A stretch of 64,000 nt of DNA from the sequence record PP695294.1, one strand, 5' to 3'. Position 1 is the first letter of the stretch. The number at the start of each line of letters is the position of its first letter. Below are positions 44,101-53,605 of the stretch, in pieces. Under the pieces are notes generated by a model. It was not told the DNA's origin. It ran no database searches and was given only the letters and a program-made list of their open reading frames with translations. The position numbers and the translations under genes are program-made.

Positions 44101-46338
44101 ATGAAAACACCAGTCGAACTCATGTCAAGCGTTGCTGACCGTGAGGTGAATATCACTGGCGTATCTGGGGCACGTGCCTCAATGGTGGGTGGACATATGA
44201 AGTCGGCGGTACCACTGGACAATCCAGATCCGACTATCCATTTTACCGGCGCTGATGTGAACTACCACGATTATTGTTTTAACGATATCGTGGAAGACAG
44301 TGGTACCGTGTGCAGTTACACAACCAAAGAAGGTGTTACTCGTGCAGCTGTTTTTGCACGCTATGGTCGTGAAGGGGATCACGATCCGCTCCAACATGTT
44401 ATCTTCTTCACGCGCGCAGATTTAACCAACCAGCGCAAAGTGATGATTGATGTAATCGATATCAAGTATTACACCAACCACGATAACATTTTCTCGTCTA
44501 AGAAAGAGGCTACTGGGAAACTTCAGGCGTTGCTGCGCGGGCAGACTCAGCACCTGGAAAAAGATGAAATGCTTACCGTGCTGCCGGCACAGAAAGACGG
44601 TGAGTTTGTCGATGGGGTCAACCTGCACACCGTGACAATGTCGCACCCGGACATTATCGAGGACTCGTACACCATCTCCGAAACTGCAGCGAAGGCGATG
44701 CACGCTTATGGTTTGCGTGCAATTGACTTTACCCTGCGCGACGACGAGTACCTGCTTGACACGTATGGGACAACGGGTATTGATGGCGTTCGTCGACCAC
44801 AGTACCTGCCCAATAAAGGACAGGCAATTCGTGATGATGGGTTGGTTATTGCCGCGCGCCGTTTCGATAAGCTATGGGCAGCCATTGACTCGCACGTAGG
44901 TGAAACACAACATATCTCTCCGCACTTCGACCGTTGTGAGTATGTTGATGCTGACCCTGAGCATTACAAAGCGCGTCAGGCTGGCGACTTTGAAAAGATG
45001 GAACGTACTGGTTCTCGTGTCGTTGATATTCAGGTATGGCGGGACGAAACCAAATGCGATCGTGGTGTTAACAATATCGCATGTACCGAAGAGAACAAAC
45101 GCGAGTTAGATCACTACGCGAACGCTTTGAAACGTTTTTACAATGATATCGTGCGATTCTATTTTGCGATGTCCAAGGACAAGAATATTGTCTGGTCACC
45201 GAAAGCGTTTGAGATTCTTGACAAGGCGTTCTGTTCTGAGACGTATGAAGTCTATAACGACTTCCGTGAAGAGATTGGTCGTGAATACGATGAAGCCATG
45301 CGTAAAGGTGAGTATAACCGTTCTGCTGATAAGAACGTGTTGAACAAACTGGCGCAGCCGGTTCAGCGTGGTCTCTGGGACCCAATTGGTAGCTACACGA
45401 TACGCATCGTGGTACGTTATCCAATCCCAGTTACCGTCTCATCGAAAATCACCGACCGTTCAGGTACAAAAGGTATCGTGGGCGCAGTGCGGCCTGATGA
45501 AGAAATGCCGATTAACGAGTTCGGAGAACGTGTGCATGTCATTCGTTCCATGAACGCCGTAATTCGTCGTTCGACTTATGCTGCGCTGTTCCACATGTAT
45601 TGGTCTGCTGCATCCGAGCAGTTGAAGATGCGGTTGAAACCATTACTTGCTGCCAACCAGGTTGATGAAGCCTGGGAAATCCTGATGGACTATATCGATC
45701 GCTATAACCCACGCTGGACATTCTATCTCAATGCCAGTCACCCAGATACTGAGTCACGTCTGGAACTCTTTAAAGAGATTTACGACTTCACGATTCGTAT
45801 CTGGCTTCCCCACGAATTGAATGCCACCCAGGTAGAAATCTGCCGTGCTCTAGGCGAGTATGCACCACGCAAGTCTAAGCTACTGATTACTAACTATCAG
45901 GGTGAGAAAGAGTGGACGAAGAACCAGTTCTACGTCGGCATGGTAGAGACTCTGCGCCTGGATAAAACCGGTCGTGAGTTCTCCAGTATCTCGTCGATGT
46001 ACACGAACTATTTGGGTTGTATTGATGCATCCAACCAAGGACGTGGTTCATATCCGATTAACCTGAAAGGGTTGAAGTGGGGTGGTCCTTCCGAGCAGCG
46101 TCTTACCGACGGCTTTGGTCCGGGCAACTTCCCCGAAACTCATGACCGCGCTAATAACCCTGCGGTACACCGTGCGATCGTAACGGGGTTGTATAACTCG
46201 CCAACACCAACCAATCCGGGGGTGCTGGTCGATCGTAAGAAACTGCCAATGGGAGATTCGCAGATTGACAGGATGATACGTAACATCCATCGCTGTGAAG
46301 GTTTTGAATTAGTGCGTCCAATTCGGGAGGATAAATAA
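44101..46338 (+). CDS. nvRNAP beta subunit, C-terminal part (phiKZ gp71-73-like), uninterrupted
   Basis: RASM...HMKSAVPL; IIEDSYTISE; SKITDRSGTKGIV; NAVIRR; GLKWGGPSE. Confidence 0.88.
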   Translation: MKTPVELMSSVADREVNITGVSGARASMVGGHMKSAVPLDNPDPTIHFTGADVNYHDYCFNDIVEDSGTVCSYTTKEGVTRAAVFARYGREGDHDPLQHVIFFTRADLTNQRKVMIDVIDIKYYTNHDNIFSSKKEATGKLQALLRGQTQHLEKDEMLTVLPAQKDGEFVDGVNLHTVTMSHPDIIEDSYTISETAAKAMHAYGLRAIDFTLRDDEYLLDTYGTTGIDGVRRPQYLPNKGQAIRDDGLVIAARRFDKLWAAIDSHVGETQHISPHFDRCEYVDADPEHYKARQAGDFEKMERTGSRVVDIQVWRDETKCDRGVNNIACTEENKRELDHYANALKRFYNDIVRFYFAMSKDKNIVWSPKAFEILDKAFCSETYEVYNDFREEIGREYDEAMRKGEYNRSADKNVLNKLAQPVQRGLWDPIGSYTIRIVVRYPIPVTVSSKITDRSGTKGIVGAVRPDEEMPINEFGERVHVIRSMNAVIRRSTYAALFHMYWSAASEQLKMRLKPLLAANQVDEAWEILMDYIDRYNPRWTFYLNASHPDTESRLELFKEIYDFTIRIWLPHELNATQVEICRALGEYAPRKSKLLITNYQGEKEWTKNQFYVGMVETLRLDKTGREFSSISSMYTNYLGCIDASNQGRGSYPINLKGLKWGGPSEQRLTDGFGPGNFPETHDRANNPAVHRAIVTGLYNSPTPTNPGVLVDRKKLPMGDSQIDRMIRNIHRCEGFELVRPIREDK

Positions 46339-48443
46339 TGGCGGGTCGTTCTGTACACGTGCGTGATTTGCGTATGCTTAACTCTGATCAGGTGTGGAAA
46401 CTACGCGGGCGTTATTACGTGACATTCGACGATGGTAAGTCGTTGGAAATGTCTAGTCGCCACATCAAACTCAGCTGGCCGTATTGGGGTGTGTCGCGTC
46501 TGTATCCGCAGGTGCCCACTCCATCGACCATGGCGTATCGTCCAGGTCAGGTAGCAACAGATGACTTGCATCTGGACTTTATGTCGGAAGCAGCGGTACT
46601 GGCCCGTAAAGCAGGTGTCGACCTTGCTGAAACGCGTTATATCCTGAGTCAACATGTCTACGCCGATGCGTTCAACATGACAGTGAAGAACTTGCTGTCG
46701 TATTGTACGACAATCGACTTTGATACGATGATGGAGATCTACGACCACCCGAACTTCGAACTCATCCGTCAGTGGGAAGTGCAATACCCTACTGGCTACG
46801 ATGAAGATGGTCAGGATATGGTTGAAGAAGCGTACAAGCTTATCGAGAAAATCTTCAAAGACCCTGCGCTACGGTATAACCCGGTCGTGATGTCGGTACT
46901 GGACGGTACTGTGAAGATGAACCAGGTACTGCAAGCCTTCGTGCGTGGTAAAACGTCAGAAATTGACTCACGTGTATACACCAATCAGGTGTGGGAAGGC
47001 TTCTTTACCGGAATGCACTCGGTTATTTCGCGTTTGAAAGAATCCGGTGCAACATCACGTTCCCACTTGTACAACACTGACAAGATTGCCGAAGCAGAAT
47101 ACGCCTCACGTAAACTGCAGCTGGCAGCAAACGTACTGATGTATTTCACGTACGACGACTGCGGTACAACTCACGCACACCGCTACACGTTTAAGGATAC
47201 GCAGCTGGATGAGCGTGCCTATAAAGCGATGGTGGGGATGCGTTATCGTTTAGAAGGCGATAATGGTCCGTGGTTGAGATTTGAGAAAGGTGGATACGCA
47301 GACCTGGTTGGTAAACCGCTGGTCTTCCGTAGTGCAATGACCTGTAAAGAGATGGCGAATCAGTCCATCTGTGCGACCTGCATGGGGGATTTGATTTATA
47401 ACCTCTCTGAAGGCACGTCACCGGGTCACCTGGCATCCACGTCCATCTCAGAAAAGGGTACACAGGGAATTCTCTCCACCAAGCACCTTGACTTCTTGCG
47501 TTATCTGCTCAACCTGGTACTCACGCCGAGAATGCGTGAGTACATGACCGAATACAAACATAACTCTCTGAAAGGGTTGTGCTTGCTACCAAAACCACAG
47601 CGTGGTAATTGGTCAGAATACGAGTTGGTCGTTACCGACAAAGTTTATTCGGAGCTGAGCCAGATTGCGTATCATGAAGATCTCGATGCAATCGATGAAA
47701 CAGCATTGCCGGAAATCACCGACTTGACATTCCAGCGTCGTTTAGAAGATGGGCAAATCATCGCTGCAGATTCTATCGATGTGCGAATGGGTGTTTGTGG
47801 GAACTTCTCTAAACCGTTCTTGCATTACTTCTTGAAACAACGTGCGAACATTCGTATCGAGAAGAAGACGGTTCAGATTCCTTTGAAAGGATGGAACCCG
47901 AAACACCCGGTACTGGTCTACACCAACCGTTCTGAATCGATGGCAGAATTCGTGGCAGGGTTAGAAACCAAGCTACGTTCAATCGCAGCCGATAAGAACG
48001 AAGACATTGTGGAAATCATCAACACAGCCTCGACTGTGAAGTTGAACAAGAAACAAGGTCGTGTGAAACCGGTAACGTTGGTTGAAATGGGTGGTGCTAC
48101 AGAGAAACAGTGTACTTATGCGTTGATGGATACGTTTAAGTACATCCAGCGTAAGCTGAGCGGTATACCGATGACGCACATTGCGATTATGTTGGCGATA
48201 TCTCGTGTAGAGTCACCAACCAATCCGTTCCCGGCAGTAGGATTTGACAGTGAGGATTCTACTAATGCCACCGGGAAACGGTTTGTCGATCACAACACGC
48301 TCATTAGTTTGCGCTCGGCAATTCCGATGTTGTTGTTTGAAGGACAGCAGGGGAATATCGATCGCGTTGGTTTTTATACCGAGTACAAAATCCCGGCATC
48401 GTTGTACGATGACCTAGGAGCCGCTGTGGTAATTGAGTTGTAA
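46338..48443 (+). CDS. nvRNAP beta-prime C-terminal subunit (phiKZ gp74-like)
   Basis: EYASRKLQ; DDCGT; RSAMTC......ICATC; GHLASTSISEKGTQGILSTKH. Confidence 0.88.
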   Translation: MAGRSVHVRDLRMLNSDQVWKLRGRYYVTFDDGKSLEMSSRHIKLSWPYWGVSRLYPQVPTPSTMAYRPGQVATDDLHLDFMSEAAVLARKAGVDLAETRYILSQHVYADAFNMTVKNLLSYCTTIDFDTMMEIYDHPNFELIRQWEVQYPTGYDEDGQDMVEEAYKLIEKIFKDPALRYNPVVMSVLDGTVKMNQVLQAFVRGKTSEIDSRVYTNQVWEGFFTGMHSVISRLKESGATSRSHLYNTDKIAEAEYASRKLQLAANVLMYFTYDDCGTTHAHRYTFKDTQLDERAYKAMVGMRYRLEGDNGPWLRFEKGGYADLVGKPLVFRSAMTCKEMANQSICATCMGDLIYNLSEGTSPGHLASTSISEKGTQGILSTKHLDFLRYLLNLVLTPRMREYMTEYKHNSLKGLCLLPKPQRGNWSEYELVVTDKVYSELSQIAYHEDLDAIDETALPEITDLTFQRRLEDGQIIAADSIDVRMGVCGNFSKPFLHYFLKQRANIRIEKKTVQIPLKGWNPKHPVLVYTNRSESMAEFVAGLETKLRSIAADKNEDIVEIINTASTVKLNKKQGRVKPVTLVEMGGATEKQCTYALMDTFKYIQRKLSGIPMTHIAIMLAISRVESPTNPFPAVGFDSEDSTNATGKRFVDHNTLISLRSAIPMLLFEGQQGNIDRVGFYTEYKIPASLYDDLGAAVVIEL

Positions 48444-48446
48444 ACC

Positions 48447-48472
48447 GAGGGGCCTTGCGCCCCTCTTTTTTT
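48447..48472 (+). terminator. Intrinsic terminator
   Basis: GAGGGGC/GCCCCTC plus T7. Confidence 0.8.
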
Positions 48473-48489
48473 GTGCGAAGAGGGGCAGC

Positions 48490-50196
48490 ATGGTAGAAAT
48501 TCAAATGACTTACACGAGTATGGGGGTACGGGTTGAAGTCCCCATCCGCCAGGCTGAAAGGGCCATACTCGCGTGGGCCGAAGAGAATATGCACGCCCCA
48601 AAGATGGGCAAGCAACATGGACGAATAACCACGGAACGCGGCGATGCGTACTACGCCCACATTCCGTCTTTAAGGACATTCATTTTCCATAAAGTGTTCG
48701 CTGAGAAGATTAAACATATCCTCCAACGGGCAGCAATTGAATACGCTTTTCAGTACAAGCTTACAGAGCACCATCCTGAACGAGGAACACCTTACAGCTG
48801 TACATTTGATAACTACGGTTTCTCGATGGTAGAAAGCGATCCGGAGTCGCGGTTCTATTATCAGAACGAGGTTGTGGATGCAGCATCCGATCCAAACCGA
48901 CCACAGACAATCTTTGCCATTCAGACAGGTCGTGGGAAGACGAAATCGTGTATGAAGTCGATGGTTAAACGGGGAACCCGTACCGCATTGATTCACCGTC
49001 CGTCATACGTTCCCAAATGGCTGTTTGACGTCTGTGATGATGAAACAGGACTTCGTATACTTCGTGACGAGGTGTTAGTTTGTACAGGCGTACAGGCGAT
49101 TTACGACGCGCTGGAGATGGGTAAGTCGGGAGAGCTAGATAGACGCGGTATTAAGGTAATAATCCTCCCCACGGTCTCTCTACAGCGTTTCCTGAAGGAG
49201 TACATTAACACTGCTGCGACTAACCCTGTAGACCTGGATACGTTTTATGATGTTCTGGGTGTGGGTCTGGTGGCGATGGATGAGGTGCACGAGCATTTTC
49301 ACCTCGTTTACATGGCTGGTATAATGTTGAACCCGCCAGCATCGATAGAGATGTCTGCAACTCTTAAACCGGGTAGCAGTAAAGCCTTTATCGCGGAGCG
49401 GTATTTAGAACGTTTCCCAATGGAGTACCGAATCAGTATTCCAATCATTCCGGTGGTTGACGTGAAAGCGTTGTACTATCGACTGGATGATAAGAAGTTC
49501 GCGTGGTGGGCGTCGAAGATGACGCCGTATAACCACAAACTCTTCGAAGGGAAGCTGATTAAAGAGAACTTGCATTTAGAATACGCGAACATGATCTGGG
49601 ATGTGGTTGAGAAATCGTTCCTTAAACGGTATCAACCCGGCCAGAAGTGTTTGCTGCTATTTGCCACGGTTGCAATGTGTGAGTTCTTTACCGAGTATGT
49701 GAAAGATAAGTTATCGCGTGACCCTGTATTCCATCCACTGATGGTGGCGAAATATAATGCAGGCGATTCGTATGACGACTTTATCCAAGCAGACTTCTCT
49801 ATCTCCACACCGGGGAAAGCGGGGACTGCGGTCGATAAACCTGGGTTGGTGCACATGTACATTTCAACCCCGGTAGAAGACCAGCAACTGAACGAACAGA
49901 TGGCCGGTCGTCCACGTAAGATTCTCCACAACGAGTGGGGTGAAATAGACCCAACGGTGTGGTTATTCCATGCGTATAACGTACCGAAGCATTGCAATTA
50001 CTTGAATGCCCGCCAGAAATCACTCAAGGATGTCGTATTGTCGTTCCGTATCGCGACATCCCCCTACGTTGTAAGGAAATCACATGCTCACTCCGCCGCG
50101 TCCAGCAGAGCCACTGCCGCCCTACATCGGAATGACTTTAGCAAGTTTTCTCGAAAACATTCTAAAGGCGTATCCCGGCGTAGAAGACGTCGCTAA
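48490..50196 (+). CDS. SF2 DExH helicase (phiKZ gp75-like; start revised to 48490)
   Basis: Walker A QTGRGKT; DEVH; MSATL; STPGKAGTAVD; QMAGR. The track start lies inside the terminator. Confidence 0.85.
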   Translation: MVEIQMTYTSMGVRVEVPIRQAERAILAWAEENMHAPKMGKQHGRITTERGDAYYAHIPSLRTFIFHKVFAEKIKHILQRAAIEYAFQYKLTEHHPERGTPYSCTFDNYGFSMVESDPESRFYYQNEVVDAASDPNRPQTIFAIQTGRGKTKSCMKSMVKRGTRTALIHRPSYVPKWLFDVCDDETGLRILRDEVLVCTGVQAIYDALEMGKSGELDRRGIKVIILPTVSLQRFLKEYINTAATNPVDLDTFYDVLGVGLVAMDEVHEHFHLVYMAGIMLNPPASIEMSATLKPGSSKAFIAERYLERFPMEYRISIPIIPVVDVKALYYRLDDKKFAWWASKMTPYNHKLFEGKLIKENLHLEYANMIWDVVEKSFLKRYQPGQKCLLLFATVAMCEFFTEYVKDKLSRDPVFHPLMVAKYNAGDSYDDFIQADFSISTPGKAGTAVDKPGLVHMYISTPVEDQQLNEQMAGRPRKILHNEWGEIDPTVWLFHAYNVPKHCNYLNARQKSLKDVVLSFRIATSPYVVRKSHAHSAASSRATAALHRNDFSKFSRKHSKGVSRRRRRR

Positions 50197-50467
50197 GAAA
50201 CTCTGCACCGACGCCACTATCAACCAGGCGTTTCATTACTACATGGTCACTGAACATTACAGCGGCCTGTTCCTTAACCAACGCGGGTTGACGTATTACG
50301 TCACCCGCACGTCAAGTATCCGTAACACTTCGTCGTACGAGTTATATACGTACGTGTTGTGGAATGAGAACCCGGCCGGTAGTGTCGATCAGAATCCAAA
50401 GATGGCTTATCGTCTTTACTCTGAAAAATGGCACGATTGGGTGACTGTTCCACACGATGCAAGTTAA
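50084..50467 (+). CDS. Hypothetical protein overlapping the helicase 3' end
   Basis: AAGGA SD before ATG 50084 (alternative ATG 50132); fills the gap to 50528. Confidence 0.5.
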   Translation: MLTPPRPAEPLPPYIGMTLASFLENILKAYPGVEDVAKKLCTDATINQAFHYYMVTEHYSGLFLNQRGLTYYVTRTSSIRNTSSYELYTYVLWNENPAGSVDQNPKMAYRLYSEKWHDWVTVPHDAS

Positions 50468-50527
50468 TCACGTTTTGGGTGTATATTGTGTATACACCCA
50501 ACCCCTAATTGCAAAAGGATTATTACG

Positions 50528-51148
50528 ATGAGTCGTCGCAAAAAGAAACCCGCTTATAACCCACGTAAAGACGCACGCGATTTCGTCAAGGCGATGATGC
50601 AGTCTGTGTTGAAAAAACAAGCTGTGTTTATCGAAAGTACCGAATTCCTGTCAGGCAAAATTGATCGGGAGCGTGAAGTAACTGAAGCCATTGCGCACGA
50701 AGAGCTGAAAGCTTTCACGTTGAAAGCGCTGGATGAAGCACAAGCGGCATTCCTCGGCATGTGCCAACAAGGCAAAGAGCTGTTCGGTAAACTGATTGTT
50801 GAGGCAGATGCTAAGGCTGTGCCGGTGTTTGACATGCTGAACGATAGCAGCAAAACCTGGAAAGAGGTTAAAGACCAGTTCCACGTCGACCACACCGAGC
50901 TGTCTTTGATTGACCAGCGGGCGAATATGCTCGCGATGGATATCCAGGGCACCAGTATCGAAATCTTCTCTACGTATAACGCGAAAGTGAAGTTCGTGAA
51001 GCAGGCGCTGAATAACGGGCATACCGTGGAACAAGCCGAAGTTCTGTTGGCCGAAGCTCTGGCTAATAATTCGAAAGAACTCCCTAAAAACGCCATCGTC
51101 GATCACAACGACGTTGTAGTAGAAACCGAGGAAGCGGCACATGTCTGA
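50528..51148 (+). CDS. Coiled-coil hypothetical protein with a basic N-terminus (start revised to 50528)
   Basis: AAGGA SD; MSRRKKKP start. Confidence 0.65.
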   Translation: MSRRKKKPAYNPRKDARDFVKAMMQSVLKKQAVFIESTEFLSGKIDREREVTEAIAHEELKAFTLKALDEAQAAFLGMCQQGKELFGKLIVEADAKAVPVFDMLNDSSKTWKEVKDQFHVDHTELSLIDQRANMLAMDIQGTSIEIFSTYNAKVKFVKQALNNGHTVEQAEVLLAEALANNSKELPKNAIVDHNDVVVETEEAAHV

Positions 51149-53108
51149 GATCCAAGATCAGCGTCCGGGTAATGCCCGTCGCCCTAATCCCGATCAGCCA
51201 GCCCCTGTGGCGGCTGCTACCCAACAAGAGATGATTCTTCCGACCGTGCCTGATGACGCGAATCCGGATGCAATCATCATGGCTATTAAACAAGCCAACC
51301 CCGATTTTTCTTTTGCCCGTGCAGAAGAAGTTTATCACCAACATTATCATCAGCCGGAGCCTAAGCTCGAGCGTCCGACGTTTGTAGAAGAAGCTTTGCC
51401 CGAACCGGCACCGGTACAGCCTGTAGCCCAGACCTTCTCTGAACAGGTGCACGAGCATATTCATCACGCCCCAGAACCGGTGGTAGAGAAAGCGCCTGCG
51501 GTAGAACCTGCTCCGCAGCCAAAAGCTCCGGAAGCGGTTGCACCGGCACAGCCGGCTGTAAAAGAAATGGAAGACGCAGCACCGAAGGTTCCGGAACAAC
51601 AACAGGTCCGTGAGATTGACTTCGGTAATACCCATTTAGCTGAAACCGCCGAAATGGGTGAAGATGAAGCTGATCGTATCCTGACACAGTCGAAGATGTT
51701 GATTGGTCTGAAACAAGACCCTAACATCATTGCAGACTCTCTGCAAAAGTTCCTCGGTAACATTAAACGTTCACCGAAAGACGGTCGGCTGCTGTTCGAA
51801 AGCCCTGAACAACAACAGGTTTACGACGACATCTATCGTGCTTTGAACATGACACCGCCACGTCTACAGGACGGCGTACCGGCATTCGCTGGTGCACTGG
51901 ACCGTGGTGACACCGCTTGGGAACAGCGTGTGATGTTGCCGGACGGTAAGGCATCTGGTGCTATTGCACCGCGTGACAATATGCACACTGGCGCGCTGGC
52001 TGCTTTGCGTCGTGTACGTAAGTCGGGTATTCCGAACATGGTTTGGTTGCCGGCCACAGGTATCTACGTGGGCTTCCGCGCACCGCATGAACGCGACCTT
52101 TGTGATTTCGACATGCGTCTAACGCTGGAAACTGCGACCATCGGTATGCAGACCTACGGATTGATGCTGTCGTCGTCTTCTGGCGTGTACATGCGTCACA
52201 TGGTTGAATTCGCACTTCAGTTTGTTACCGAAGCAACCATCGATTGTGCAGGTAACGATCTGCGTACGGTGCTGTTGGATACCATTGATCTGGCTGACTA
52301 CTGGCTGGTTATTCTGGGTCCGTTGCAGGCGAAGTGGCCGTCTGGTATTCCATGGACGCTGATGTGTGGCGAAGACGGTTGCACTCAGCAGGAAGATGTG
52401 AAGCTGAATATCGCACGTTGTATCCGTTTTGGTTCCGGTCTGTTTAGCGACCTGCAGAAACAACTGTGGGCACGTCAGCGCGGTACTGAGCGTCCAGTGA
52501 TTTCTATTGCTGAACAGCGCGAATATATCGCGGCGCATCAGGTTGACCCATCCTCGGTATTTGAATACCACGACGTGCGTGTTGAATTTGGCCGTTCTAC
52601 CCTGGGTAGCTTCTTTGACTCCACTGAGAAGTGGATTGAAGACGTTAACGCGTCAACTACGGCAGCGCTGTCTGAATTTGCTACCGAGCGTGAACGTGAA
52701 TCCCATATGCGTTTAACTGCGGAAGCCCGTCGCTTAACGCGCTATGCTCACATGGTGAAATCTATCACTGTTAACGAGCAACGTGAAGTAAACGGTGAAA
52801 TGCAGGTTATCCCACAAACTGAAACCGACACAGCGAAAATCGTTGAGATGCTAGAAGAGCTGTCTTCCGACCGTATCTACGTTGGCCAGTTTGAAAACGC
52901 AATTGCTGAATACAACGAACGTACACGTTTAGCGGTATTCGGTTACATGGGTAAACGCTGCCCGGCGTGCGGTAAAACACACGGCGAGAAAGACGGTCTG
53001 TATCGTGGTATTGTTACCATCTCACCGGACAGGGTTTTTTTCGTGCTCTCTCGAGTGGTGTCCGAGATTCAGAAATTCTTGCTGGATCAATACGCCGATA
53101 TTGGCTAG
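51141..53108 (+). CDS. Probable tail/baseplate-hub assembly chaperone (T4 gp26-like region) with a P/A/E-rich N-terminal linker
   Basis: 655 aa; LMCGEDGC and KRCPACG cysteine motifs; ends just after a slippery heptamer. Confidence 0.55.
   Translation: MSEIQDQRPGNARRPNPDQPAPVAAATQQEMILPTVPDDANPDAIIMAIKQANPDFSFARAEEVYHQHYHQPEPKLERPTFVEEALPEPAPVQPVAQTFSEQVHEHIHHAPEPVVEKAPAVEPAPQPKAPEAVAPAQPAVKEMEDAAPKVPEQQQVREIDFGNTHLAETAEMGEDEADRILTQSKMLIGLKQDPNIIADSLQKFLGNIKRSPKDGRLLFESPEQQQVYDDIYRALNMTPPRLQDGVPAFAGALDRGDTAWEQRVMLPDGKASGAIAPRDNMHTGALAALRRVRKSGIPNMVWLPATGIYVGFRAPHERDLCDFDMRLTLETATIGMQTYGLMLSSSSGVYMRHMVEFALQFVTEATIDCAGNDLRTVLLDTIDLADYWLVILGPLQAKWPSGIPWTLMCGEDGCTQQEDVKLNIARCIRFGSGLFSDLQKQLWARQRGTERPVISIAEQREYIAAHQVDPSSVFEYHDVRVEFGRSTLGSFFDSTEKWIEDVNASTTAALSEFATERERESHMRLTAEARRLTRYAHMVKSITVNEQREVNGEMQVIPQTETDTAKIVEMLEELSSDRIYVGQFENAIAEYNERTRLAVFGYMGKRCPACGKTHGEKDGLYRGIVTISPDRVFFVLSRVVSEIQKFLLDQYADIG
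53036..53042 (+). other. -1 ribosomal frameshift slippery site T-TTT-TTC
   Basis: In-phase X-XXY-YYZ heptamer; the -1 frame is open from 52976 to 53524. Confidence 0.7.
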
Positions 53109-53524
53109 ACCAGGAAGACGTTCCGTCCGAGCAAATCATTACAACGCTCAAGATGGATACCACCTCTCTCTTCAAGCAGCGTAGCACACGTCCTATTACG
53201 TATCAGGAAGCCCATAACGAGCTTCTGGAAGCGTATGACCGTACACTGGCTCTTAATACCGGCGACCATCAGGTAGGGTTGTCGGATTTTGAAAACCCGG
53301 TATACGGTAGTCTTTACGATATCTGGTACGCCACTTACTTACGTGAAGAGGTCGGTGAAAACTACCGGATGTCGATAGACGAGTTCCTCGACCGTCCCCG
53401 CTGGCAGATACTGCTGATGCTCGACAATATCCGTCGACGCAAAGCGATTATCGCCAAAGCCGGCGAACAGGTGGCAGGTGAACGTGCGCTAAAGGAGCTG
53501 GAGAAAGATCTGACGGGACATTAA
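53039..53524 (+). CDS. -1 frame extension of the 51141 gene (track ORF 53153-53524; T4 gp51/lambda T-like)
   Basis: No SD before ATG 53153. 38 sense codons link the slip site to that ATG. YRMSIDEFLDRPRWQ..LML resembles T/gp51-type chaperone tails. Confidence 0.65.
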   Translation, partial: FRALSSGVRDSEILAGSIRRYWLDQEDVPSEQIITTLKMDTTSLFKQRSTRPITYQEAHNELLEAYDRTLALNTGDHQVGLSDFENPVYGSLYDIWYATYLREEVGENYRMSIDEFLDRPRWQILLMLDNIRRRKAIIAKAGEQVAGERALKELEKDLTGH

Positions 53525-53532
53525 TAGAAATT

Positions 53533-53562
53533 CGGGGCTTCGGCCCCGTTTTCTTTTTTTTT
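53533..53562 (+). terminator. Intrinsic terminator
   Basis: CGGGGC-TTCG-GCCCCG plus T-tract. Confidence 0.85.
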
Positions 53563-53605
53563 ATTCGCCTTGGTATGAATGCCCTTTTCACTATGGAACA
53601 GAGCC

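Noticed and set aside
44101-46338. Intron in the nvRNAP beta gene as in phiKZ gp71-73
   Set aside because: The ORF is continuous, with all beta motifs in one frame.
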